A DNA stretch of 63,628 bases, the filler included, from Chiloscyllium plagiosum (Eukaryota), in assembly GCF_004010195.1 (NCBI RefSeq). It is 6 parts of one record of this genome, joined end to end, with 100 filler letters (N's around TTAATTAATTAA, not from the genome) between each part and the next. Parts side by side here need not be neighbours in the genome. Positions count along the whole stretch, not along the records: positions 1 to 29,592 come from NC_057710.1; positions 29,693 to 42,119 come from NC_057710.1; 4 more parts are not named here. One strand, 5' to 3'. The notes below the pieces were generated by a model. It made no database searches and was not told the DNA's origin. It saw only the letters and a program-made list of their open reading frames with translations. Made by a program: the position numbers and the translations under genes. This document shows, in pieces, positions 24,070-35,451 of this stretch (positions are counted from its first letter, which is position 1; every line of letters starts with the position of its first letter).

Positions 24070-25255
24070 TTATCCTGGATGGTGTCAAGCTTCTTGAGTG
24101 TTGTTGTTGCACCCATTCAGGCAAGTGGGGAGTATTCCATCACACTCCTGACTCGTGCCTTGTAGATGGTGGTTAGACTTTGAGGTGTCAGGAGGTGAGT
24201 TATTTGCCGCAGTATCCAGAGTCTGTGACCTGCTGTTGTAACCACTGTGTTTATGTGGTGAATCCAGTTGAGTTTCTGATCAATGGTAACCCCAAGGATG
24301 TTGACAGTGGGAGCTTCAGTGATGGTTTTTCCATTGAATGTCAGGGGGCAGTGGTTAGAGTGTCTCTGATTGGTGATGGTCATTTTCTGGCATTTGTGTG
24401 GCACAAATATTATTTGCCACTTGACAGCCCAAGTCTAGATATTGTCCAGATCTTGTTGCATTTGAGCATGGACTGTTTCAGTATCTGAGGAGTCACGAAT
24501 GGTGCTGACCACTGTACAATGTTTGGCAAACTTCCCCACTTCTGACCTTTGGAAAGGTCATTGATGAAGTAGCTGGAGATTTTTGGGCCTAGGACACTAT
24601 TTCTGAGGGATTCCTGCAGAGATGTCCTAGAGCTGAGTTGACTGACCCTTCACAACCACGACCATCTTCCTTTGTGCCAGGTATGACTCCAACCAGTGGA
24701 GTGTTTGCTCTCAATACCCATTGATTCCAGTTTTGCCAAGGCTCCTTGATGCCATAATCAGTCAACTACAGCCTTGATGTCAAGGGCTGTCACTTTCACC
24801 TCACCTCTGGAGTTCAGCTCTTCTGTCCATGTTTGAACCAAGGCTACAATGAGATCAGGGGCTGAGTGACCCTTTCGAAACCCAAACTGGGTGTCACTGA
24901 GCAGGTGCTGCTTGGTAGCTCTGTTGATGACCCCTTCCATCACTTTATTGCTGATGGAGAGTTGACTGATTGGACAGTATTTCATGAAGGGTTAAACCTG
25001 AAAAATTGATTCTCTTGCTCCTCGGATGCTGCCTTTTCTTGCACCACACTTTATCGATTCTTATTTAAGCAGATTGGAGCATAAGAATAGGGAAGTCTTA
25101 CTGCAACTGTGCTGATGAGACCACATCAAGAGTACTGTGAGTAGTTTTGGTCCTCTTATTTAAGGAAAGATATTGATCATTAGAGGGCATTCAGAGGAGA
25201 TTCACGAGGATGAGTCCCAGTAGACAATAGACAATAGGTGCAGGAGTAGGCCATT

Positions 25256-25755
25256 NNNNNNNNNNNNNNNNNNNNNNNNNNNNNNNNNNNNNNNNNNNNN
25301 NNNNNNNNNNNNNNNNNNNNNNNNNNNNNNNNNNNNNNNNNNNNNNNNNNNNNNNNNNNNNNNNNNNNNNNNNNNNNNNNNNNNNNNNNNNNNNNNNNNN
25401 NNNNNNNNNNNNNNNNNNNNNNNNNNNNNNNNNNNNNNNNNNNNNNNNNNNNNNNNNNNNNNNNNNNNNNNNNNNNNNNNNNNNNNNNNNNNNNNNNNNN
25501 NNNNNNNNNNNNNNNNNNNNNNNNNNNNNNNNNNNNNNNNNNNNNNNNNNNNNNNNNNNNNNNNNNNNNNNNNNNNNNNNNNNNNNNNNNNNNNNNNNNN
25601 NNNNNNNNNNNNNNNNNNNNNNNNNNNNNNNNNNNNNNNNNNNNNNNNNNNNNNNNNNNNNNNNNNNNNNNNNNNNNNNNNNNNNNNNNNNNNNNNNNNN
25701 NNNNNNNNNNNNNNNNNNNNNNNNNNNNNNNNNNNNNNNNNNNNNNNNNNNNNNN
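25256..25755. other. Assembly gap (500 N)
   Basis: run of N. Confidence 1.
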
Positions 25756-26495
25756 AACGGAAGTCTTGGAGGAGGTGGAGGGCATGGTTGGTGTCTCGAA
25801 CGTATGTGGAGAGTTCCTGGACTAGGGGGGATAGAACAGTGTCGAGGTAGGTAGAGATGAGTTCAGTGGGGCAGGAGCATGCTGGGACAATGGGTCGGCC
25901 AGGGTGGTCAGGCTTATGGATCTTGGGAAGGAGGTAGTGCAGGGTTCCCGGACTATGAGGTTGGAAGCTGTGGGTGGGAGATCTCCTGAGGTGATGAGGC
26001 TCTGTATGGTCTGGGAGATGATGGTTTGGTGATGGGGGGCTGGGGTCATGGTCGAGGGAGCAGTAGGAAGAGGTGTCCTCAAGTTGGCGTTTGGCTTCAG
26101 CGGTGTAGAGGTCAGTTTGCCAGACTACCACTGCACCCCCTTTATCTGCTGGCTTGATGGTGAGGTTGGGATTGGAGCAGAGGGATTGGAGGGTTGCGCG
26201 TTGTGAGGGTGAGAGGTTGGAGGGGGGTAGACAGGTTGAGGCGGTTAATGTCCCAGCGGCAGTTGGAAATGAAGAGGTCGACGGCAGGTAATAGGCCAGC
26301 GCGGGGTGTCCAGGTGGATGCAGTGTGTTGGAGGTGGGCGAAGGGGTCCTCGGAAGGTGGGCGGGAGTCCTGATTGTGAAAGTAAGCTCGGAGGCGGAGG
26401 TGGCGGTAGAAGTGTTCGACGTCACGGCGTGTATTAAATTCATTGATGCGTGGGCAGAGGGGGATGAAGGTGAGTCCTTTGCTGAGGACTAATCG
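25756..26495 (-). mobile_element. Neptune-type PLE reverse transcriptase N-terminal part (frameshifted)
   Basis: IKPADKGGAVVVW (DKG motif) and LLPKIHKPDHPGRPIV. Confidence 0.9.
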
Positions 26496-26499
26496 TTCG

Positions 26500-27590
26500 T
26501 CCTCCTTAGTAAATCACGGCTCACGCGTTCTATATCTTCCTCCCTGCCTGACAGATGCATACTTATCTAGGACACGCAGGAGCTTTTCCTTGAATAAGCT
26601 GCACATTTTTAATGCGCTCATCCCCTGCAGTTTCCTTCCCCATTCCACGCTTCCTAAGTCTTTCCTAATTGCATCGTAATTTCCCTTCCCCCAGCTGTAA
26701 CTCTTGCTCGGTGGAGTACACCTATCCCTTTCCTAAAGTAAACTTGACAGAATTGTGATCGCTGTCTCCAAAGTGCTCACCTACTTCCAAATCTAACACC
26801 TGGCCAGGCTCATTACCCAGTACTAAATCTAAAGTGGCACCTTGTAGGCCTGTCTACATACTACGTCAGGAAGCCCCCCTGCACACACTGGACAAAAACT
26901 GACCCATCTATAGAACTTGTACTGTAGTGATCCCAGTCAATATTTGGATAGTTGAAGTCCCCCATGACAACTACCCTGCCTCAATCACTCCTATCGAGAA
27001 TCATCTTTGCTATCCTTACATGAGATCGAACCTTGCTAACCATCTCCCATGGGGAACTTTGTCGAACCCCTTACTCAAGTCCATATAGATCACACCTACT
27101 GCTCTGCCCTCATCAATTCTCTTTGTTATTTCTTCACAAAACTCAATCAAGTTTGTGAGACATGATTTCCCACGCACAAAGCCATGTTGACTATCCCTAA
27201 TCAGTCCTTGCGTTCCAAATACATATACATCCTGTCTTTCAGGATTCCCTCCAACAACTTGCCCACCACCGACACCAGTCTCACTGGTCTATAGTTCCCT
27301 GGCTTGTCCTTACCACCCTTCTTAAACAGTGGCACCATGTTAACCAACCTCCAGTCTTCCGGCACCTCACCTGTGACTATCGATGAGATAAATATCTCAG
27401 CAAGAGGCCCGGCAATCGCTTCTCTAGCTTCCCACAGAGTTCTAGGATCCACCTGATCAGGTTCTGGGGATTTATCCACCTTTATATGTTTCAAGACATC
27501 CAGCACTTCCTCCTCTGTAATCTGGACATTTTGCAAGGTGTCACCATCTATTTCGCTACTTTCTATATCTTCCATATCCTTTTCCACCTG
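26500..27590 (-). mobile_element. CR1 ORF2 fragments
   Basis: DKSPEPD, PEDWR and PGNYRPV motifs; endonuclease end at 26500-27015. Confidence 0.85.
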
Positions 27591-27744
27591 CTGTACCTGC
27601 CCTATTCACTGACACACCCTCCTTCCTCTGATCACTGCGCAAATCAGAAAACCCTATACTCAGTGGTGTCACTGTCTCCTGGTACAAAGTATTGCAGTAC
27701 ACACTGCATTGCAGTGCCTGTAGTTCAACCTCCAACTCATAAAC

Positions 27745-29592
27745 TGAACCAACCTCCATGTACAACGTATCATCCGCCGTCATTTCCACCACCTCCAAAC
27801 GGACCCCATCACCAGTGATATATTTCCCTCCCCTCCCCTATCAGCATTCCGAAAAGACCACTCCCTCTGTGACTCCCTTGTCAGGTCCACACCCCCCTCC
27901 AACCCAACCTCCACTCCCAGCACCTTCCCCTGCAACCGCAAGAAATGCAAAACTTGCGCCCACACCTCCCCCCTTACTTCCCTCCAAGGCCCTCAGGAAT
28001 ACTTCCATATCCGCCACAAATTCACCTGCACCTCCACACACATCATCTATTGCATCCGCTGCACNNNNNNNNNNNNNNNNNNNNNNNNNNNNNNNNNNNN
28101 NNNNNNNNNNNNNNNNNNNNNNNNNNNNNNNNNNNNNNNNNNNNNNNNNNNNNNNNNNNNNNNNNNNNNNNNNNNNNNNNNNNNNNNNNNNNNNNNNNNN
28201 NNNNNNNNNNNNNNNNNNNNNNNNNNNNNNNNNNNNNNNNNNNNNNNNNNNNNNNNNNNNNNNNNNNNNNNNNNNNNNNNNNNNNNNNNNNNNNNNNNNN
28301 NNNNNNNNNNNNNNNNNNNNNNNNNNNNNNNNNNNNNNNNNNNNNNNNNNNNNNNNNNNNNNNNNNNNNNNNNNNNNNNNGCTGCGCTTTTCCAGCAACA
28401 CATTTTCAGCTCAAATCCCCAGCATCTGCAGTCCTCACTTTCTCCTAGAAGATTTTAACCTACTGCGAATCCTCTTACAAGGATGCCTTCCTTGAAGAAG
28501 CTCTCTTCCTCCCTCTACAAGGATTTCAGTGATTCCGTCTCTCACTGCACACCCCAGGTCATCTCCTCTGCACAGAAGCTCTTCAGCCACATTCTCAAAC
28601 AGACTCGCTACCACAGCCACATCTCCTTCCTCAGCACCTGTCTACGGAACCGACTGATCCTGCACGGACTCCGGACTACGTTCAGACCAATAAAATTTGG
28701 ACCCAACCAGGACAACCAGTACCTACAACAAATCCGAAGCCTCCAGCAAAAGACCTCCCTCCGGATCCTTCGCTCCACGCTTGCAGCCATGCGCCGCTAC
28801 CTACATTCCCTGCAATTAGACATACCCCAGCTCAGGACAACACTCTCACAGACCTGTAAAGGACCTCTACTGTTCTTCATCCACAAAAGAATCCATACAC
28901 TAAATAAACAGTTCTTCCTAGCCATATCGGAAATTAAAGACAGTAAGTACCAAAAACTTTCATGTACTTACCCCCACACTCTGGGTTCCTCAACTGTTCC
29001 AGAATCTTCCATCAGCCTCCGAAATCGTTCCGGCGCCATTAACCACGCGTCTGCTACATCGCTCGCGGCAGTAACCGCCACTGCGGACCAAGACGTCACT
29101 TCCGCCCCCACCGACCTCGCAGCGTCAGTGATCGCCGCCCAGACAACCGCCTCCACGATCGCCGCCAAGACAACCGCCTCCACGATCGCCAGGAATACCA
29201 TCACCGACAGATTCGCGGCCCCCGCGGCTATCGGGAATAACACTGTCTCAGTCGTCGCCACAGCCACTTCCGCCCCCAGTGACATCACTAACCTGCACGA
29301 CCACAACGCCGCATGTGTCTCCGCCCCCACGCCGATCTCCGTCACCACGCTTAACTCCACCCCCACGCCGATCTCCGTCACCACGTCTAACCCCGCCCCT
29401 AAGTCGATCTCCGTCACATCTAACTGGTCCTCACCTACCACCCCACCAACCTCCATGTACAACGTATCATCTGCCGCCATTTCCGCCACCGCCAAACGGA
29501 CCCCACCACCAGGGATATATTTCCTTCCCCTCCCCTATCAGCTTTCCGAAAAGACCACTCCCTCCGTGACTCCCTCGTCAGGTCCACACCCC
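27745..29592 (+). mobile_element. Neptune-type PLE partial tandem: GIY-YIG end, terminal repeat, then ORF N-terminus with RT deleted
   Basis: PCNRKKCKTC and FTCTSTHIIYCIRC at 27925-28064; terminus at 28381-28448; ORF from ATG 28483 with H..FL..CL....HGL motif; jumps near 29423 to LVLTYHP..FPSPPLSAFRK. Confidence 0.85.
28065..28380. other. Assembly gap (N run)
   Basis: run of N. Confidence 1.
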
Positions 29593-29692
29593 NNNNNNNN
29601 NNNNNNNNNNNNNNNNNNNNNNNNNNNNNNNNNNNNTTAATTAATTAANNNNNNNNNNNNNNNNNNNNNNNNNNNNNNNNNNNNNNNNNNNN
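29593..29692. other. Artificial contig linker N44-TTAATTAATTAA-N44
   Basis: identical 100-bp structure also at 42120-42219, 53331-53430, 56545-56644 and 59941-60040. Confidence 0.95.
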
Positions 29693-29999
29693 CGTAGCCA
29701 ATAAAGAGACAGGCATAGCTGGGGCCCATACGTGTGCCCATGGCTACCCCTTTGGTCTGGAGGAAGTGGGAGGATTCAAAGGAGAAATTGTTAAGGGTGA
29801 GGGCCAGTTCGGCCAAACGAATGAGAGTGTCGGTGGAGGGGTACTGTTGGGAACGTCTGGAGAGGAAAAAACGGAGGGCTTGGAGGCCCTGGTCATGGCG
29901 GATGGAGGTGTAGAGGGATTGGATATCCATGGTGAAGATGAGGTGTTGGGGGCCGGGGAAACGGAAGTCTTGGAGGAGGTGGAGGGCGTGGGTGGTGTA
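29693..29999 (-). mobile_element. Neptune-type PLE RT core fragment
   Basis: FTMDIQSLYTSI and QTKGVAMGTRMGPSYA motifs. Confidence 0.9.
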
Positions 30000-30783
30000 G
30001 AACTCCTTACTAATCCAGAGCCCAAGACTTCCAATTTCTACACTTCGAATTACCGGCTGAATGTTAAGTTCTTCCAAATCTTTAGACACTACATTTCAGC
30101 TTGTAAATTACTTTAAAAATAATTCTGATCTCCACTCCAGTTCTTTTATCTTTAAGTAGTGCCCTTATTTATTTTGTAAATATCCTTCACAATTTGAACA
30201 TCTGGCTCCTGTCAACTCTGAAGCAAATAATCCCAGTATCTCCAATCTATTTGTCATCTATGGTATGAGTCTTTAAAATTTGCTTTGCTACTTCTCTGAA
30301 GCCTTCATGTTCTTTCTAAGATGTGGTGTCCAGAATAGGACACAATACTGCTGCTTAGGTCGAACAACTGTTTCAGAAACACTTAATATAATTTCCTTCC
30401 ACTTGTACTTTAAACCCTCATTTATGAAATTCAGGAGCTGATATTCTGTTGTAATATATCTGATCAAATTAAAACACTTGTATGCATAACCCCCAGGTAC
30501 TTATGTTTCTGCATTCTCTTTCAAATTTTATCATTTGTCAGAAAACTTGAGTACAGCTGAAAAAGAGAGATGCTGTTGAAGTTTTACATCCTGAATTTAT
30601 CAAGACAGCAAGAATTCCAAACTTCGAAGGGAACAATTGTTTGCACAGTGCCGTCAGGCTGCTTTGTCCTGGACGATGTCATGTTTCCTGAGTGTTGTGG
30701 CAAATTCTATCACACTCTTGGAAGTGTCTGTTGTGCCGCCTTGTCACAATTAGTTTATTCTGTTCATTTTCCCTTTTCTCTAG

Positions 30784-30917
30784 GTGCTCCTGTTTGGCTC
30801 CTAATCCTCCTTGGTGTAGTCCTGCTCCTGCTTGTTGTGGATGCTACTTTGACATTTTTTGTGTGCAAGAAGTGGCGTAGAACATTTTCACAAGCAGCAC
30901 TAACTTCTAGCTTCTAG
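30784..30917 (+). CDS. ADAM exon, transmembrane helix and short cytoplasmic tail to stop (exon continues to 30926)
   Basis: acceptor TTTTCCCTTTTCTCTAG, phase 1; (S)APVWLLILLGVVLLLLVVDATLTFFVCKKWRRTFSQAALTSSF*; GTAAGT donor at 30927; lies across a contig linker from the upstream exons. Confidence 0.7.
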
Positions 30918-31655
30918 AATAACACAGTAAGTGGGAGTTATTGTAAAATTTATATCAATTTATTCAAATTTATTTAACTTACTCTCCTTTCACGCTAGAT
31001 GCATGTGCTTTGTACCTTAAAATGTGACAATACGATTGTAGTTTGGGATTTTCAGTTGTTTGTACTGAGAACAGATATGGGTATAAAAACTAGTTTTTAA
31101 GATTGGAACAATGACCACCACAAGATCAGAAATGGGGATTTTCGTTGATGAATGCACAACGTTAAGCACCCTTCCCAACTCATAACATCAGAGATCGACA
31201 GCGTAGAAAAGACCCTTCAGTGCATTGCATCCACCCTAGTCAAAAAAGCCATCTAACTACTGTAATCCCATTTCCCAGCACTCTGCCCATAGTCTTTTGT
31301 GCCTTGGCAAGTGTACATCTAAATAATTTATGAAGGTTTCTATCTTTACCATCCTTACATGGAGTAAGCTCCAGAATCCCGCTCCTCTGCGCAAATAAAT
31401 TATTTCCTTGTGTCCCCTTTAAGCCTCCAGCCTCTTACACCCCGATCATTGATCCTTCCATTAAGAGGAAAAGTTTCTTTCTGTCGACCTGATCTATCCT
31501 CCTTATAGAGGAGAGATAAAGGGATTAAGGGTTATGGTGCGAGGGAGAGTGAGTGGAGCTGAGGCCACGAAAAGGTCAGCCATGATCTTATTGAATGGCA
31601 GAAAAGGGTAAAGGGCTAGATGGCCTATTCCTGCTCCTAGTTCTAATGTTCCTAT

Positions 31656-31863
31656 TGGCCTAACAATATCATCACTGTTAATCCAGAGACCTAGGTAATG
31701 TTCTGTGGCCCTGGATTCAAATCCTGCTGTGACAGATGGTGGATTGTGAATTTAATGAAGAGAATTTTGGAATTACGTGAGTATTGAAAACCATTATTTA
31801 TTGTCAGAAAAGCCCATCTGGTTCATTAATGTCCGTTAGGGAAAGAAACTGCCATCCTGGTCT
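31656..31863 (+). mobile_element. DeuSINE-like SINE 5' part (3' part at 35303-35443)
   Basis: sequence continues colinearly after the nested insertions and ends ATGAATGAATAAAAAAAA. Confidence 0.65.
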
Positions 31864-32243
31864 ACAAGCAAGAGACTGGAAGAACACAGCAAGCCAGGGC
31901 AACATCAGGAGGTGGAGAAGTCAACATTTCAGGTGTAACCAGTCTTCAGGACTGGCGGTTGGGTGTAAGAGGAACTGCAGAAAAAGGGGTAAGGGGAGAG
32001 GTTTTGGGTGGGGAAAGGGGCAGGGTGATGAGGTAGGGATAGGTGAATGCAGGTCAGGTCAATGGTAGGTCGATGGGAGGAATGAATCGGTTGGTAGCTG
32101 GAAGGAAGGGTCGATCAGAGGAATGGAAGGGAGGGGGAAGGGCTGGAAAGGGAGTCAGGGGATGGGCTGGGAGGTTATTTGAAATTGGAGAGCTCAATGT
32201 TGAGATTTGCCTTCTTATGGGAGATTGAGCAGTTTAGAACTGT

Positions 32244-34494
32244 AATAGACAATAGGTGCAGGAGTAGGCCATTCTGCCCTTCGAGCCTGCACCACCATTT
32301 CATATGATCATGGCTGATCATCCTTAATCAGTATCCTGTTCCTGCCTTATCTCCATAACCCTTGATTCCACAATCCTTGAGAGCTCTATCCAACTCTTTC
32401 TTAAATGAATCCAGAGACTCGGCCTCCACTGCCCTCTGGGGCAGAGCATTCCACACAGCCACCACTCTCTGGGTGAAGAAGTTTCTCCTCATCTCTGTCC
32501 TAAATGGCCTACTCCTTATTTTTAAGCTGTGTCCTCTGGTTCGGCACTCACCCATCAGCGGAAACATGTTTCCTGCCTCCAGAGTGTCCAATCCTTTAAT
32601 AATCTTATATGTCTCAATCAGATCCCCTCTCAGTCTTCTAAACTCAAGGGTATACAAGCCCAGTCGCTCCAGTCTTTCAGTGTAAGGTAATCCTGCCATT
32701 CCAGGAATTGGCCTCGTGAACCTACGCTGCACTCCCTCAATAGCCAGATGTCTTTCCTCAAATTTGGAGACCAGAACTGCACACAGTACTCCAGGTGTGG
32801 TCTCACCAGGGCCCTGTACAGCTGCAGAAGCACCTTTTTGCTTCTATACTCAATCCCTCTTGTTATGAAGGCCAGCATCACTACCTGTTGTACCTGCATG
32901 CTTACCTTCATTGACTGGTGTACAAGAACACCCAGATCTCTCGGTACTGCCCCTTTACCTAAATTGATTCCATTTAGGTAGTAATCTGCCTTCCTGTTCT
33001 TGCCACCAAAGTGGATAACCATACATTTATCCACATTAAACTGCATCTGCCATGCATCTGATCACTCACCTAACTTGTCCAGGTCACCCTGCAATCCCCT
33101 AACATCCTCATCACATTTCACCCTGCCACCCAGCTTAGTGTTATCAGCAAATTTGCTAATGTTATTGCTAATACCATCTTCTATATTACTAACATATATT
33201 GTAAAAGATGGTGGTCCCAGTACTGATCCCTGCGGTACCCCACTGGTCACTGCCTGCCATTCCGAAATGGAGCCGTTTATCATTACTCAATTCCTGATGA
33301 AGGGCTTTTGCCCGAAACGTTGATTTCGAAGCTCCTTGGATGCTGCCTGAACTGCTGTGCTCTTCTAGCAACACTAATCCAGAATTTGTTTCCTATCAGC
33401 CAACCAACTTTCAATCCAAGTTAGTACTTCGCTCCCAATACCATGCGCCCTACTTTTGCACACTAACCTCCTATGTGGGACTTTATCAAAAGCTTTCTGA
33501 AAGTCCAGGTACACTACATGTACTGGATCTCCCTCGTCCATCTTCAGAGTTACATCCTCAAAAAATTCCAGAAGATTAGTCAAGCATGATTTCCCCTTCA
33601 TAACTCCATGCTGACTCTGACCTATCTTGTTACTACTATCCAGATGTGTCGTATTTTCATCCATTATAATAGACTCCAGCATCTTTCCCACCACTGAGGT
33701 CAGAATAACTGGTCTAAATTTCCTGCTTTCTCTCTCCCACCTTTCTTAAAAAGTGGTACAACATTAGCCACCCTCCAATCCACAGGAACTGATCCCGAAT
33801 TTATCAAACTCTGGAAAATAATCACCAATGCATCCACGATTTCTTGAGCCACCTCCGTCAGTACCCTGGAATGTAGACCATCAGGCCCCGGGGACTTAGC
33901 AACCTTCAGACCTAACAGTCCCTCCAACACCAATTCCTGGCAAATATAAATTTGCTTAAGTTCAGGTCCTTCAGCCACTGTTACCTCAGGGAGATCGCTT
34001 GTGTCTTCCCCCGTGAACACAGATATGAAGTACCAATTCAATTCTTCTGCCATTTCTTTGTTCCCCGTAATATATTCCCCTGTTTCTGTCTTCAAGGGCC
34101 CAATTTTAGTCTTAACCATTTTTTTGCCTTTCACATACCTAAAAAAACTTTTACTATCCTCCTTTATATTATTGGCCAGTTTACCTTCGTACCTCATTTT
34201 TTCTCTGCGTATTTCCTTCTTAGTAATCCTCTGTTCTTTTAAAAGCTTCCCAGTCCTCCGTTTTCCCACTTATCTTTGCTACGTTATACTTTTTCTCTTT
34301 TAACTTTATATGTTTCTTAACTTCCCTCGTCAGCCACGGCCACCGCTGCATCCTCATAGGATCTTTATTCCTTTTTGGAATGAACTGATCCTGCAACCTC
34401 TGCATTACACACAGAAATATCCGCCATTGTTCCTCCACTGTCATCCCTGTTAAGGTATTGCACCATTTAGCCAGCTCCTCCCTCATAGCTCCAT
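32244..34494 (-). mobile_element. Young CR1 LINE, ~2.25 kb of ORF2 and 3' UTR
   Basis: [36 protein letters not shown] and RPHLEYCVQFWSP; tail CCTATTGTCTA. Confidence 0.92.
33294..33321 (+). ncRNA. Minimal hammerhead motif in a ~95-bp PLE-terminus insertion (33289-33385)
   Basis: CTGATGA-A-GGGC-TTTT-GCCC-GAAA-CG-TT; the insertion interrupts CR1 ORF2. Confidence 0.7.
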
Positions 34495-34495
34495 A

Positions 34496-34817
34496 ATTAG
34501 ATTAGATTAGATTACATTACAGTGTGGAAACAGGCCCTTCGGCCCAGCAAGTCCACACCGACCCGCCGAAGCGAAACCGACCCATACCCCTACATTTACC
34601 CCTTACCTAACACTACGGGCAATTTAGCATAGCCAATTCACCTGACCCTGCACATCTTTTTGGACTGTGGGAGGAAACCGGAGCACCCGGAGGAAACCCA
34701 CGCAGACACGGGGAGAACGTGCAAACTCCACACAGTCAGTCGCCTGAGGCGGGAATTGAACCCGGGTCTCAGGCGCTGTGAGGCAGCAGTGCTAACCACT
34801 GTGCCACCGTGCCGCCC
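34496..34817 (-). mobile_element. Full-length young HE1-type V-SINE
   Basis: GGGCGGCACGGTGGCACAGTGGTTAGC head (A box), GGTTCAATTCC (B box), V core, (AATCT)n tail. Confidence 0.93.
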
Positions 34818-35451
34818 ACTAATCTCTGGAGTTCAGAAGAATGAGGGGAAATTTAATTTAGGTGTATAAGATATTGAAGGAGATTGACAAAGTCGACGTA
34901 GAGAAGATGTGTAGATAAAATCTAGAACAAGAGGTCGTAGTCTTAGAAGGGCTAGCAGATCTCGATTCAAGTTGAGTTCTCCAATTTCAAATAACCTCCC
35001 AGTCCAGCCCCTAACTCTATTTCTAGCCCCTCCCTCTCCCTTCCATTCCTCTGATCAACCTTTCCTTCCAGCTACCAACGAGAAACATTCCTCTCATCGA
35101 CCTAACAGGTCGAGCCCTCTTCCTGTGTTCACCATTACCTACCTCTCCCTACTTCCTTTTTATGCAGCTCCCTTACACCCACACCCAGTCGTGAAGAAGG
35201 GTTACTTCTGAAATGTTGACTTCTCCACGTCCTAATGCTGTATTCTTCCAACCTCTTGCTTGTCTACTTTGAATTTCAGCATCTGCAGATGTTTTGTCTG
35301 TAATCCTTACCTGGTCTGGCCTACATGTGGTTTCAGACCCATAGCAATGTGGTTCACTCTCAACTCCCCGCTGGGCAATTAGAGATGGCAATAAATGCTC
35401 GCCTACACAGTGACACCCTCATCCCATGAATGAATAAAAAAAATTATACAG

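Larger units (their letters stand above)
23263..24980 (-). mobile_element. L2-like LINE 3' part
   Basis: QFGFRKGHSAPDL, ALDIKA, ILGVTIDQKLNW and YKARVRSVMEY motifs; tail ATGAATAAAAAAA shared with the DeuSINE-like SINEs. Confidence 0.8.
31864..35302. mobile_element. Old PLE inverted arms (31864-32204 and 34961-35302) enclosing nested CR1/HE1 sequence
   Basis: arms are diverged reverse complements with decayed hammerhead cores near 31918-31953 and 35187-35221. Confidence 0.7.

Noticed and set aside
29637..29648. TTAA piggyBac target or PacI-like biological palindrome
   Set aside because: Always centred in exactly 100-bp N spacers, so it is artificial
29693..29999. Telomerase (TERT) fragment
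   Set aside because: Motifs are those of PLE RT, with DKG and GIY-YIG pieces nearby and no exon structure
34745..34817. tRNA gene
   Set aside because: tRNA-derived head of an HE1-type SINE, continuous with the SINE core and tail
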